Below, piece after piece: positions 18,955 to 27,680 of a DNA stretch of 64,000 nt. A program made the translations under genes and the position numbers. The notes beneath the pieces were generated by a model that saw only the letters and a list, made by a program, of their open reading frames with translations, did not search any database and was not told the DNA's origin. Origin of the DNA: an uncultured Oleiharenicola sp. (GTDB lineage Bacteria > Verrucomicrobiota > Verrucomicrobiia > Opitutales > Opitutaceae); the NCBI GenBank assembly GCA_964481095.1, contig CAYZSN010000210.1, positions 3,705-67,704 of the forward strand. The letters run 5' to 3'. The number at the start of each line of letters is the position of its first letter. The first letter of the stretch is position 1.

Positions 18955-19473
18955 CTACACGAGCCGGAAGACCTTCTCCCCCAGCGCGCAGAGGCGCTTG
19001 GCGGAGGCGGGGGAAAGGCCCTGGGCCCGCTCCGCCCACGCGGTGGTGAGCTCCATGAACTCGATCAGTTCGCGGAGCTTCCGCGCGGTGTGGGCGGAGT
19101 CGGCCTTGCCGGTCTCGGCCGCGTCGGCGCATTCGCGCAAGGCCGCCAGCGTGGGATCCAGCTCCCGTTTTTTCCGCTCCCGCAGGATGATCAGGAACAT
19201 CTCCCAAACGTCCTTCAGCGTCTCAAAATGCTCCCGGCGGTCGCCGAAGATGTGCACCGTGCGGATCAGGCCCCAGCCCTGCAGCTCCTTCAGGCTGGTG
19301 CTGACGTTCGAGCGGGCGACGTCCAGCGAGTCGCAGATTTCGTCCGCCGCGAGCGGCTTGGGCGAAAGCATGAGGAGCGCGTGGACCTGCGCCACCGAGC
19401 GGTTGATGCCCCACCGCCAGCCCATCTCCCCCCAGTGGAGGATGAATTTCTGCATGGTGGGCGTCAGTTTCAT
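18955..19473 (-). CDS. GbsR/MarR-family transcriptional regulator
   Basis: FILHWGEMGWRWGINRSVAQVHALL, ARSNVSTSLKELQGWGL, GDRREHF. Confidence 0.9.
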   Translation of the reverse strand: MKLTPTMQKFILHWGEMGWRWGINRSVAQVHALLMLSPKPLAADEICDSLDVARSNVSTSLKELQGWGLIRTVHIFGDRREHFETLKDVWEMFLIILRERKKRELDPTLAALRECADAAETGKADSAHTARKLRELIEFMELTTAWAERAQGLSPASAKRLCALGEKVFRLV

Positions 19474-19477
19474 ACTT

Positions 19478-19497
19478 ATTTCTGTAATTTCAGAAAT
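19478..19497. promoter_or_regulatory. putative autoregulatory operator ATTTCTG-N6-CAGAAAT overlapping the regulator promoter
   Basis: Perfect 7-bp inverted repeat lying within the minus-strand TTGACC-N16-TACAGA promoter. Confidence 0.7.
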
Positions 19498-19577
19498 ATA
19501 CGGGTCAATCCCCTTTTTCGGCCGGTTTGGAATCCCGCGGCTTGCCGCGCGGCGCCGGCGCGGTTCCACTGGCGCGG

Positions 19578-20162
19578 ATGGACGCCCTTGCGCAAGCCCG
19601 CTCCCTGATCGACGCCGCCCACGCCGGCGACCCCAGGCGCGCCGCCGATGGCCGGCCGGCGGAACTGGTCTACGCCGACCGCATGGAAGCCTGGGTCGTG
19701 CGTGCCGCGGCGGAGCCGACCGCGCTGCTGCGCCTCGCCGCGCGCTGCCAGCATCTCGAGCGCTGGAGCGTGCCGCGCACGACTTTCCCGGACGGCAAGG
19801 CGGGTTACCTGAAGTGGCGCCAGTCGCTGTACAAAAAACAGGCGGACCGCGCAAAAGGCCTGCTGCTGCAGGCCGGCGTGGCCGAAGCGGAGGCGATGGA
19901 TGTCGCCACCTGGGTTTCCAAGACCGCGCTGAAGACAAATCCCGGCACGCAGGCGCTGGAGGACGCCGCCTGCCTCGTGTTCCTCGAGAACGAGATCGCG
20001 GAGTTCGCCGCGCAGCACGCGGACTACCCCCGGGAGAAGTTCATCGATATCATCCGCAAGACGTGGCGGAAGATGAGCCCGCGCGGGCAGGAGCTGGCGA
20101 AGGGGCTCGCCCTGCCGCCGGCCATCGCCGCGCTGGTCGGCGAGGCGATTGCCGGGGCCTGA
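19578..20162 (+). CDS. DUF4202-family protein
   Basis: IDAAHAGDP, ELVYADRM, LAARCQHLERW, QALEDAACLVFL, KTWRKMS. Confidence 0.85.
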   Translation: MDALAQARSLIDAAHAGDPRRAADGRPAELVYADRMEAWVVRAAAEPTALLRLAARCQHLERWSVPRTTFPDGKAGYLKWRQSLYKKQADRAKGLLLQAGVAEAEAMDVATWVSKTALKTNPGTQALEDAACLVFLENEIAEFAAQHADYPREKFIDIIRKTWRKMSPRGQELAKGLALPPAIAALVGEAIAGA

Positions 20163-20275
20163 CAATATGTCGTATCGCGATACTTTTTCTACTGCCGGCC
20201 CAAGGGCGGCTGGGAAATCCGGCCGGTGACGGAAGGGGCGCTTGCGATGGCGGTCGTTGTGCCCACGGTGTCCCC

Positions 20276-20365
20276 ATGTTCTCCGGCCTTCCCCCCATCC
20301 CGAACTTCCTGCTGCGGCTCGCGCTGACCTTTGGCGCGGGCCTGATGATCGCCGCGCTGCTGTGA
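20276..20365 (+). CDS. putative 29-aa hydrophobic small protein
   Basis: MFSGLPPIPNFLLRLALTFGAGLMIAALL; its stop overlaps the next GTG (GTGA). Confidence 0.4.
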   Translation: MFSGLPPIPNFLLRLALTFGAGLMIAALL

Positions 20366-20721
20366 AGCGTTTCCGTTACGCCGCCGACCCGCTTTGCGTG
20401 CTCGCCTGCGCCGCGTATGCGGTCGCGCGCTGGTTTTTGCGGCACCGGCTGCCCGCCGGCTTCTGGCACGACCAGTTCACCGACCTGCTGCTGATTCCCG
20501 CCGCGCTGCCGGTCATGCTCTGGCTGCAGCGGCGGCTGGGCCTGCGGACGAACGATGCGCGGCCCACGTGGCGTGAAATCGGCTTTCACCTCGCCGTGTG
20601 GTCGGTGGCGGCGGAGGTGGCCGCGCCGTTCCTGTTCAAATCCGCCACCGCCGACTGGCGCGATGCGGTCGCCTATGGCTGCGGCGCGGTGCTCGCGGGC
20701 GGCTGGTGGACGTTGGCATGA
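20362..20721 (+). CDS. small membrane protein
   Basis: FWHDQFTDLLLIPAALP, WSVAAEV..P, TADWRDAVAY; coupled to the downstream methyltransferase (ATGA). Confidence 0.75.
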   Translation: MKRFRYAADPLCVLACAAYAVARWFLRHRLPAGFWHDQFTDLLLIPAALPVMLWLQRRLGLRTNDARPTWREIGFHLAVWSVAAEVAAPFLFKSATADWRDAVAYGCGAVLAGGWWTLA

Positions 20722-21371
20722 GCTTCGACCGGCTGGCGCCGCATTATGGCTGGATGGAAGCCGTGCTGGCCGGCCCGCGCCTCCAGCGCTGCCGCACCAC
20801 CTGGATCGCCGAACTCGCCGGCTGCCGCCGCCTGCTGGTCGCGGGCGTCGGGCACGGCCCGGCGCTGGCCGCGGTGCTGCGCCTGCATCCCCGGCTGCAC
20901 ATCACCTGCCTCGATGCCAGCGCAGGCATGCTGGCCCACGCGGAGCGCCGGGCCCGGAAGCACGGGGCGGACCTGACCCGGCTGGCCTTTGTGCAGGCCG
21001 CGCTGCCGGACTGGCAGCCGGTGGAATTGTTCGACGCCATCGCCACGCATTTCTTCCTCGATTGTTTCCCGCCCGACCAGCTGGGCGCGGTGGTGTCCGC
21101 GCTGGCGGCGGCGGCGACCCCGGACGCGCGCTGGATTGTGTCCGATTTCACTCTGCCCGACCGCGGCCCGCGCCGGTGGCGGGCGCGGGCGGTGCACGCC
21201 CTGATGTACGCCTTTTTCCGCGTCACCACCCGGCTGCCGGCCCGCCGGCTGACAAATCCCGACCGCCTGCTGCGCGCCGCCGGCTTCTCGCTGGGCGGGC
21301 GCCGCACCAGCGAGTGGGGCCTGCTGCAGGCGGACTGGTGGGAGCGCATGACGCCGGGACAACCCGGCTGA
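20718..21371 (+). CDS. class I SAM-dependent methyltransferase
   Basis: MSFDRLAPHY, LVAGVGHG, LDASAGML, THFFLDCF, VSDF. Confidence 0.85.
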   Translation: MSFDRLAPHYGWMEAVLAGPRLQRCRTTWIAELAGCRRLLVAGVGHGPALAAVLRLHPRLHITCLDASAGMLAHAERRARKHGADLTRLAFVQAALPDWQPVELFDAIATHFFLDCFPPDQLGAVVSALAAAATPDARWIVSDFTLPDRGPRRWRARAVHALMYAFFRVTTRLPARRLTNPDRLLRAAGFSLGGRRTSEWGLLQADWWERMTPGQPG

Positions 21372-21498
21372 ACATCGAACGCTCAACGTCGAACATCCAA
21401 CGTCCAATAATAAAATAAACCCTTGGACATCCTGGCCGCCCTTGGGGCCGAGGCCTTGATTTGGACGTTGAGCGTTGAACGTTGGACGTTGAATGTTC
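21370..21498. repeat. inverted heptamer-repeat element (GAACATC/CAACGTC ... TTGGACG/TTGAACG)
   Basis: Five units per arm around an AT-rich spacer; same subfamily as 52724-52815. Confidence 0.85.
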
Positions 21499-21514
21499 CG
21501 TTCGTTTCCGCCCG

Positions 21515-23557
21515 TTGGCCGATCCCGCACACACCTCCTCCCCGCTCCGCTGGCGCTGGCTGCTGCCGGTGGCCGCGCTGGTCGTGGGGTTTTCCCTCTC
21601 GCCGTTCGACGCCGCGCTGAACCGCGCGTTCTTCGACGCCTCGAGCCGGCACCCGTTCCGTCCGGCGCCGCTGCCCGGGAACTCGGCGTTCGTGCTGGTC
21701 GACGAGCAGACGATGGCGGCGATGAGCGCCCAGGGCGTGCGCTGGCCGTTCCCGCGCGCCATCTTCGCACAGCTGCTCGTGGCGCTGCACCTGGCCGGGG
21801 CGGAAAAGGTCGTCGTGGACTTCACCTTCTTCGAGGAATCCTCCGCGCCGGAGCAGGACCAGTTGCTCGCCGCCGTGAGCGCGGCCGCGCCGTCGGTGAT
21901 CCTCGCGCGTACCACCGAGCACTGGCCGGTTTTCTGGCCGGCCGGCTTCCGGCTCGCCCATGCCAGTTTCTTCGGCCAGCGGCGCACCGGCCTGGTGGAA
22001 TTTCCCGCGGACAGCGACGGCGTGGCGCGCAACTACCTCGTCGATGATTCGCTCGCGCGCGTCGCGGCCGGCGCGCCGCGCGGGCCGCAGGGGCTGCTCC
22101 GCTGGCAGGGCGGCCTCGAGCAGATTGCGGGACGCGGCGTGCCCCTGCTCTCGGCGAAAACGTTCATCGAGGCCGGCCGGCCCGTCATTGAGCGCCTGGC
22201 CAACGCCGCGCCCGACCTCGACGTGCCCTCGATCGCCAAGGCCCTCGCGGCCGAGCCCGCGCTGGCCGGCGCGACGGCCGACGCCGTGCGCGGCAAGGTG
22301 GTCTTCGTCGGGGCCAATGCCAGCGGGACCTTCGACGTGAAACCCACGCCGGTCGGCAAGGTCGAGCCCGGCATCCTGTTGCACTGGACCGCTTGGACCA
22401 ACTTCGTGACCAACGGCTTCATCACCCCGCTCGCGTGGCCCTTCGTCTTCGGCGCCGCCTTGCTCGCCGGCGGCGCGGTGCTGCTGGCGGGCAACCGCGG
22501 CCCTTCGCTGGCCGCGCCCTTCGCGGTCGCGATCGCCCTCGTGGCCCTGTTGCTGGCCGGCGGCTGGATCGCGCTGTCGTCGGGCTGGTTCCTCGCCCCC
22601 GCCACGCCGGTGGCGGCCACCGGCCTGATGCTGCTCGGCGTGGTCGTGGAAAACCTCTGGCGCGAGCAGCGCCGCAAGCGCGAGATCCAGGCGATGTTCG
22701 GCGCGTATGTGGACCCGGGCGTGGTCGATCGCCTCGTGCGCAACCCCGATTCCGTCCGGCTCGGCGGCGAGCGGCGCGAGGCCACGGTGTTTTTTTCCGA
22801 CCTCGCGGGCTTCACCGACCTGTCGGAAAAGCTCCCGCCCGAGCAGATGGTCGAGGTGGTGAACGCCTACCTCGAGGAAACCAGCGAATGCCTCCACCGC
22901 CACGGCGCGTACGTCGACAAGTACATCGGCGACGCCGTCATGGCCGTGCTCGGCGCGCCCCAGGCGCTCGAGAACCACGCCCTCGCCGGCTGCCGGGCCG
23001 CGCTGGAGGCCCGCGCCGCGCTGGCCGGCGTCAACGCCCGCTACGCCGCCCGGGTCGGCGTGACGCTCGAGGTGCGCATCGGCCTGAACACCGGCGAACT
23101 GATCGTCGGCAACCTCGGCTCCTCGCGCAAAAAGCAATACACCGTCATGGGCGACACGGTGAACCTCGCCTCGCGCCTCGAGGGGGCGAACAAGGCCTTC
23201 GGCACCGGCATCCTGCTCGGCGAGGAGACCGCCCGCCGCGTGCAGGGGACGCTGCTCACCCGCCCGCTCGCGCGGCTCCGCGTGAAGGGCAAGCTCCAGG
23301 CCGTCGAGGTGCACACCCTGCATGGCGCGCCCGGCGACCTTGCGCCGGATGAAATCGAGTTTGTCGCCACGTATCGGACCGGCTACACCGCCTATGTCGA
23401 ACGGCGCTTCGCCGCGGCCGTTCCCGCGCTCAGCCGGGCGCTGGAACTCCGCCCCGGCGACTACAGCGCCCGCCGGCTGCACACGGAATCCCTCCAGTTC
23501 GCGCACACTCCACCCCCGCCCACCTGGGAACCGGTCGTTTCCCTGGATTCAAAATGA
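21515..23557 (+). CDS. CHASE2-domain membrane class III adenylate cyclase with C-terminal TPR-like tail
   Basis: VLVDE..WPFPR..VDFTF, DSDGVAR, GKVVFVG (CHASE2); 3 TM; FSDLAGFT, DKYIGDAVMA, YTVMGDTVNLASRLE; start uncertain (TTG). Confidence 0.9.
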   Translation: MADPAHTSSPLRWRWLLPVAALVVGFSLSPFDAALNRAFFDASSRHPFRPAPLPGNSAFVLVDEQTMAAMSAQGVRWPFPRAIFAQLLVALHLAGAEKVVVDFTFFEESSAPEQDQLLAAVSAAAPSVILARTTEHWPVFWPAGFRLAHASFFGQRRTGLVEFPADSDGVARNYLVDDSLARVAAGAPRGPQGLLRWQGGLEQIAGRGVPLLSAKTFIEAGRPVIERLANAAPDLDVPSIAKALAAEPALAGATADAVRGKVVFVGANASGTFDVKPTPVGKVEPGILLHWTAWTNFVTNGFITPLAWPFVFGAALLAGGAVLLAGNRGPSLAAPFAVAIALVALLLAGGWIALSSGWFLAPATPVAATGLMLLGVVVENLWREQRRKREIQAMFGAYVDPGVVDRLVRNPDSVRLGGERREATVFFSDLAGFTDLSEKLPPEQMVEVVNAYLEETSECLHRHGAYVDKYIGDAVMAVLGAPQALENHALAGCRAALEARAALAGVNARYAARVGVTLEVRIGLNTGELIVGNLGSSRKKQYTVMGDTVNLASRLEGANKAFGTGILLGEETARRVQGTLLTRPLARLRVKGKLQAVEVHTLHGAPGDLAPDEIEFVATYRTGYTAYVERRFAAAVPALSRALELRPGDYSARRLHTESLQFAHTPPPPTWEPVVSLDSK

Positions 23558-24042
23558 AAAAGCCCACCCCCCCCGCGGTCCTGCTCGCAGGACTGCTCGC
23601 CGCCTCGGCGCTGCTGGCGTTTGAAGCCGGCGGCACCGCCTACACCAAGCGCGCAGAAACCACGCTGCTCGCCGAACCCAAGCCCCTCGCCGCCGCCGCC
23701 GGCAAACTCGCCCTCGGCAGGAAGGTGAAGATCGACCAGGTCCAGGGCGCCTGGCTGCACGTCAGCGACGGCCCGGTCTCCGGCTGGGTCTTCCACGGCA
23801 ACCTTTCCGAGACCAAGCCGGCCGAGGGCAAGGGCCTCGACCTGGGGCCGCTCCTTGCGAGCAAGACGACCGCGACCGCGGCCGCCCGCCCGCTGACCGA
23901 CGCGACGATCGAGTACGCGAAGGAGAAAAACCTCGGCGACGCCCAGGGTGACCTCGAGTGGGTCGTGACCGAGGCGAAGGCCGTCACGCCCGAGGACGTC
24001 GACGCCTTCCTCGCCGAGCACAAAAGGGGGGAATACCAATGA
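23554..24042 (+). CDS. secreted SH3-like domain protein
   Basis: Signal peptide; GAWLHV..GWVF SH3b-like segment; ATAAARPL; ATGA overlaps on both sides. Confidence 0.7.
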   Translation: MKKPTPPAVLLAGLLAASALLAFEAGGTAYTKRAETTLLAEPKPLAAAAGKLALGRKVKIDQVQGAWLHVSDGPVSGWVFHGNLSETKPAEGKGLDLGPLLASKTTATAAARPLTDATIEYAKEKNLGDAQGDLEWVVTEAKAVTPEDVDAFLAEHKRGEYQ

Positions 24043-24887
24043 AAACCTTCCGCCTTTTCCTTTCCGTTCTCGCGGCGCTGGCCCTCGCCGCCGCCGCGCT
24101 GGCCCAGTTCGGCGGCCTCGACCTCGGCAAGCTCAAGAAGGGCTTCGACACCGCGAAGGACGCCTCGAAGGTGCTCAAGGGCGTCGCCGGCATCGGGCCC
24201 GAGGAGGAACGCAACATCGGCGAGACCGTCGCCCTCGAGCTCATCGGCAAATACGGCGGCGTCATCCGCGACGAGGCGATCACGAAGCGCGTCAACCTCG
24301 TGGGCCGCTCGCTCACCAAGTATTCGGACCGCCCGCAGCTCAACTGGCGCTTCGCCGTGCTGAATTCCGACACCGTCAACGCCTTCTCCGCGCCCGACGG
24401 CTACGTCTTCATCACCAAGGCGCTCTACGACCAGGCGACGAACGACGACCTGCTCGCCGCGATCCTCTCCCACGAGATCGCGCACATCACCGGCAAGCAC
24501 GCGCTCAACATCGTGGCGCGCAACGACGCCTTCGGCGCGCTGACCAAGCAGGTCGCGCAGCGCAGCGGCGAGGCGGCCAAGGTCGAAAACACGCTCAAGC
24601 AGCTCAACCTCAGCACGGACCTGATCCTGAAGACGCTCCTCGAAAAGGGCTTCGACCCGCAGACGGAATTCGCCGCGGACCAGACCGGGCACAACCTCAC
24701 GAAGACCTGCGGCTACGCGCCCGGCGGGCTGCGCGCGGTCCTCGTCCAGCTCCAGGCGCAGGGCGGGGACACGAAGAAGATGTTCTCCACCCACCCGCCG
24801 CTGGCCGACCGCATCAAGCGCCTGCCCGACGAGCCGGCGCCCGTCCCCGCCGAGATCGTGGCTGCGACCGCCGATGCAAAAAATTAA
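24039..24887 (+). CDS. M48-family zinc metalloprotease, secreted
   Basis: VNAFSAPDGYVFIT, HEIAH, EFAAD, FSTHPP..DRI. Confidence 0.9.
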   Translation: MKTFRLFLSVLAALALAAAALAQFGGLDLGKLKKGFDTAKDASKVLKGVAGIGPEEERNIGETVALELIGKYGGVIRDEAITKRVNLVGRSLTKYSDRPQLNWRFAVLNSDTVNAFSAPDGYVFITKALYDQATNDDLLAAILSHEIAHITGKHALNIVARNDAFGALTKQVAQRSGEAAKVENTLKQLNLSTDLILKTLLEKGFDPQTEFAADQTGHNLTKTCGYAPGGLRAVLVQLQAQGGDTKKMFSTHPPLADRIKRLPDEPAPVPAEIVAATADAKN

Positions 24888-25233
24888 CCTGGCGGAGAAG
24901 TTTGGGCAGTTCACCGCGCACTGGTCGCCGAAGATCGTCGCGGAACTCAACGGCCAGCACGTGAAGCTGGTGAAGTTCCGCGGCGAATTCGTCTGGCACC
25001 ACCACGAGCACGAGGACGAGCTCTTCCAGGTCGTGGCGGGAAGTTTTCGGATGGAGTTCAGGGACAAAACCATCGAGCTGCGCGCCGGCGAGATGATCGT
25101 CGTGCCGCGCGGCGTCGAGCATCGGCCGGTCGCCGACGAGGAGGTCTCGGTGTTGCTCTTCGAGCCCGCCTCGACGGTGAACACGGGCACGGCGGGCGGC
25201 GAGCGGACGGTGGCGCGGCCGGACTGGATCTGA
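24874..25233 (+). CDS. cupin-domain protein
   Basis: HWSPKIV, GEFVWHHHEHEDELF, VVPRGVEHRP. Confidence 0.9.
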   Translation: MQKINLAEKFGQFTAHWSPKIVAELNGQHVKLVKFRGEFVWHHHEHEDELFQVVAGSFRMEFRDKTIELRAGEMIVVPRGVEHRPVADEEVSVLLFEPASTVNTGTAGGERTVARPDWI

Positions 25234-25308
25234 TTTTCCCACCGAATTAACATCCTTTACGAAACCACCCCTCGCCCGCATCGCGTCTTCAGGGGTAACA
25301 CCACCACC

Positions 25309-25992
25309 ATGAAAACGAAACTGCTCCCCGCCTTCGCCTTCACGTTCCTGCTCTCCGTCCTTGTCGCGCCGGCTTTTGCCGAGGCCAAGGAGCGCAAGCC
25401 CCGGACCAGGGAAACCGACGGCACTTATGAGACCGACGACGGCAAGTCGGGCACCTTCAACGAGACCACGACCCGCGAGAAGGGAAAGACCGAGCGCAGC
25501 GGCACCTGGACCAACCAGAACGGCAAGACCGGCACGCGCAAGGCCACCACAACCCGCGACAAGGCGACGGGCACCGGCACGTACGCCAGCACCACCACGG
25601 GCCCGAACGGCCGGACCGCGACCGTGGACGCCACCGCGAAGAAAAACGAGGATGGCACCATCACGACCGACGGCACGCGCACGGGCTTCAACGGCAAGAC
25701 CAGCACCTTCAACGAAACGACCACCAAGACCGCCGACGGCCGCTCGACCACCGGCACGGTGACCGGGCCCGACGGCCGGACCGCCGCGACCACGAGCGTG
25801 GTCAAGCATGAGGACGGCGTGACGACGAAAACCCAGACCGCCACGGGCCCGGACGGCAAGACGAGCGAGCGGGTCGTCACCTCCAAGGCCAACGGCGACG
25901 GCACGGCGACCCGCGTGATCGAGGTGACGAACCCCGACGGCACGAAGTCCACCCGCACCGAGACGGTCAAGGTCGACGCGGTCACCAAGTAG
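25309..25992 (+). CDS. secreted Thr/Gly/Lys-rich repeat protein
   Basis: Signal peptide; repeated TGPDG(K/R)T / DG..T beta-hairpin-like units. Confidence 0.75.
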   Translation: MKTKLLPAFAFTFLLSVLVAPAFAEAKERKPRTRETDGTYETDDGKSGTFNETTTREKGKTERSGTWTNQNGKTGTRKATTTRDKATGTGTYASTTTGPNGRTATVDATAKKNEDGTITTDGTRTGFNGKTSTFNETTTKTADGRSTTGTVTGPDGRTAATTSVVKHEDGVTTKTQTATGPDGKTSERVVTSKANGDGTATRVIEVTNPDGTKSTRTETVKVDAVTK

Positions 25993-26119
25993 GCAGGCGG
26001 CGCGACGCGGAATCGCGCCCGTGGTTACAGGCCGGGGCCAATTGTCACCGGCCATTTTTTGGCGGGGGGAGAAACCGCCCCGGACCCGGCCCGTCTCGGC
26101 TGTAACCGCCCGGAAAACC

Positions 26120-26272
26120 ATGAAGCATGATCCGTATTTCAAGTATCTCGCCGTTCTCATCCTCGCCGGAGTGATCCTGGCCTTCGTCGATCCGACGCCG
26201 GCGGCCGCCAAGCCGGCGAAAATCCCCGCACTCGCGGCCCACGGCGCCACCGACCGCCGGGCGAAGAGCTGA
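26120..26272 (+). CDS. putative small membrane/secreted protein
   Basis: MKHDPYFKYLAVLILAGVILAFV...; preceded by GAAAC-N16-CGTCT. Confidence 0.5.
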   Translation: MKHDPYFKYLAVLILAGVILAFVDPTPAAAKPAKIPALAAHGATDRRAKS

Positions 26273-26327
26273 CGGCGGGGCGTTCCGCCGTTGCGCCGCG
26301 GCGGCGGAACCGCACATTGGGCGGGGC

Positions 26328-27602
26328 ATGGAACCCCCCGCCGCGACTTCGTCCTCCGCCTGGCGCTGGATTCCGTCGCTCTACTTTGCGCAGGGCGTGC
26401 CGAACGCGGTCGCGACCAGCCTCGCGGCCGTGATGTTCAAGAACCTGGGCGTCTCGAATGCGGATCTCGCGTTCTACCTCAGCTGGCTCTACCTGCCGTG
26501 GATCATCAAGCCGCTGTGGTCGCCGCTGGTCGACCTGCATGGCACCAAGCGCGCGTGGATCGTCGCGCTGCAGTTCGTGACCGGCGTGCTGCTGGCGACC
26601 GTGGCGCTCACCGTGCCGGCGCCGGATTTCGTGCGTTACGCGCTCGTGCTGCTCTGGCTGACCGCGTTCAGCTCAGCGACCCACGACATCGCCGCCGACG
26701 GTTTCTACCTGCTCGCCCTGCCCGCGCACCAACAGGCCGCCTTTGTCGGCGTGCGCAGCACCTTCTTCCGCGTCTCGACGATCGTGGTGAAGGGCGGGCT
26801 CGTCTGGCTCACCGGCCGGCTGTTCGGGCTGACCGGCAGCATGGTGTCCGCGTGGACGGCGGTCTTCCTCGCGCTGGGCGGCCTGTTCGGCCTCGCCGCG
26901 CTCTATCACCTGCGCTTCCTGCCGCGGCCGGCGGGCGACGGGCCGGCGGTGGTGCCCGCCGGGGGCGTGCCGGGCGGACTCGCCGTGTTCGTGGCGTTCT
27001 TCACCAAGCCGGGGATTCTGGTCTCGATCTTCTTCCTGCTCGTCTACCGGCTGCCCGAGGCGCTCGCGCTGCGCCTGGTCGAGGCGTTCCTGCTCGACCC
27101 GCGGGCCGCCGGCGGCCTCGCGCTGGACAACGAGCAGGTCGGCCTCGTCAATGGCACCGTCGGCACCGTCGCCTTGCTGCTCGGCGGCCTGCTGGGCGGC
27201 TGGCTGATTTCGCGCCACGGGTTGAAGCGCCTGCTGTGGCCGATGCTGCTGGTCATGCACGTGCCCGTCGCGGTCTTCGTGGCGCTCGCGGCGTGGCAGC
27301 CCGCCAGTTTGGCGTGGATCAGTGCGGGCCTCGCGGTCGAACAGTTCGGCTACGGCTTCGGTTTCACCGCCTACCTGGTTTACATGATGCTCGTCGCCCG
27401 CGGCCCGCACCAGACGGCGCACTACGCGATCTGCACCGGCTTCATGGCGCTCGGCCTGATGCTGCCCGGCCTGAAGGCCGGCGTGCTCCAGGAGCACCTC
27501 GGCTACCCGGCGTTCTTCGGCTGGGCGCTCGCGGCGGGCATCCCGTCATTGCTCGCCGCCGCGCTGCTGCGCATCGACCCGGCGTTCGGCCGCAAATCCT
27601 GA
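26328..27602 (+). CDS. AmpG-like MFS transporter
   Basis: LYFAQGVP, LPWIIKPLWSPLVD, SATHDIAADG, EQFGYGFG. Confidence 0.88.
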   Translation: MEPPAATSSSAWRWIPSLYFAQGVPNAVATSLAAVMFKNLGVSNADLAFYLSWLYLPWIIKPLWSPLVDLHGTKRAWIVALQFVTGVLLATVALTVPAPDFVRYALVLLWLTAFSSATHDIAADGFYLLALPAHQQAAFVGVRSTFFRVSTIVVKGGLVWLTGRLFGLTGSMVSAWTAVFLALGGLFGLAALYHLRFLPRPAGDGPAVVPAGGVPGGLAVFVAFFTKPGILVSIFFLLVYRLPEALALRLVEAFLLDPRAAGGLALDNEQVGLVNGTVGTVALLLGGLLGGWLISRHGLKRLLWPMLLVMHVPVAVFVALAAWQPASLAWISAGLAVEQFGYGFGFTAYLVYMMLVARGPHQTAHYAICTGFMALGLMLPGLKAGVLQEHLGYPAFFGWALAAGIPSLLAAALLRIDPAFGRKS

Positions 27603-27614
27603 TTCCCCGTGCCG

Positions 27615-27637
27615 TTTGTAACATAATACGTTACAAA
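27615..27637. repeat. 23-bp AT-rich palindrome (copy 2)
   Basis: TTTGTAACATAATACGTTACAAA, extended by CCG/CGG. Confidence 0.85.
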
Positions 27638-27680
27638 CGGTATTGGGCAAGGCACCGCCAACGTTGGGCGGAGCGAAGGA

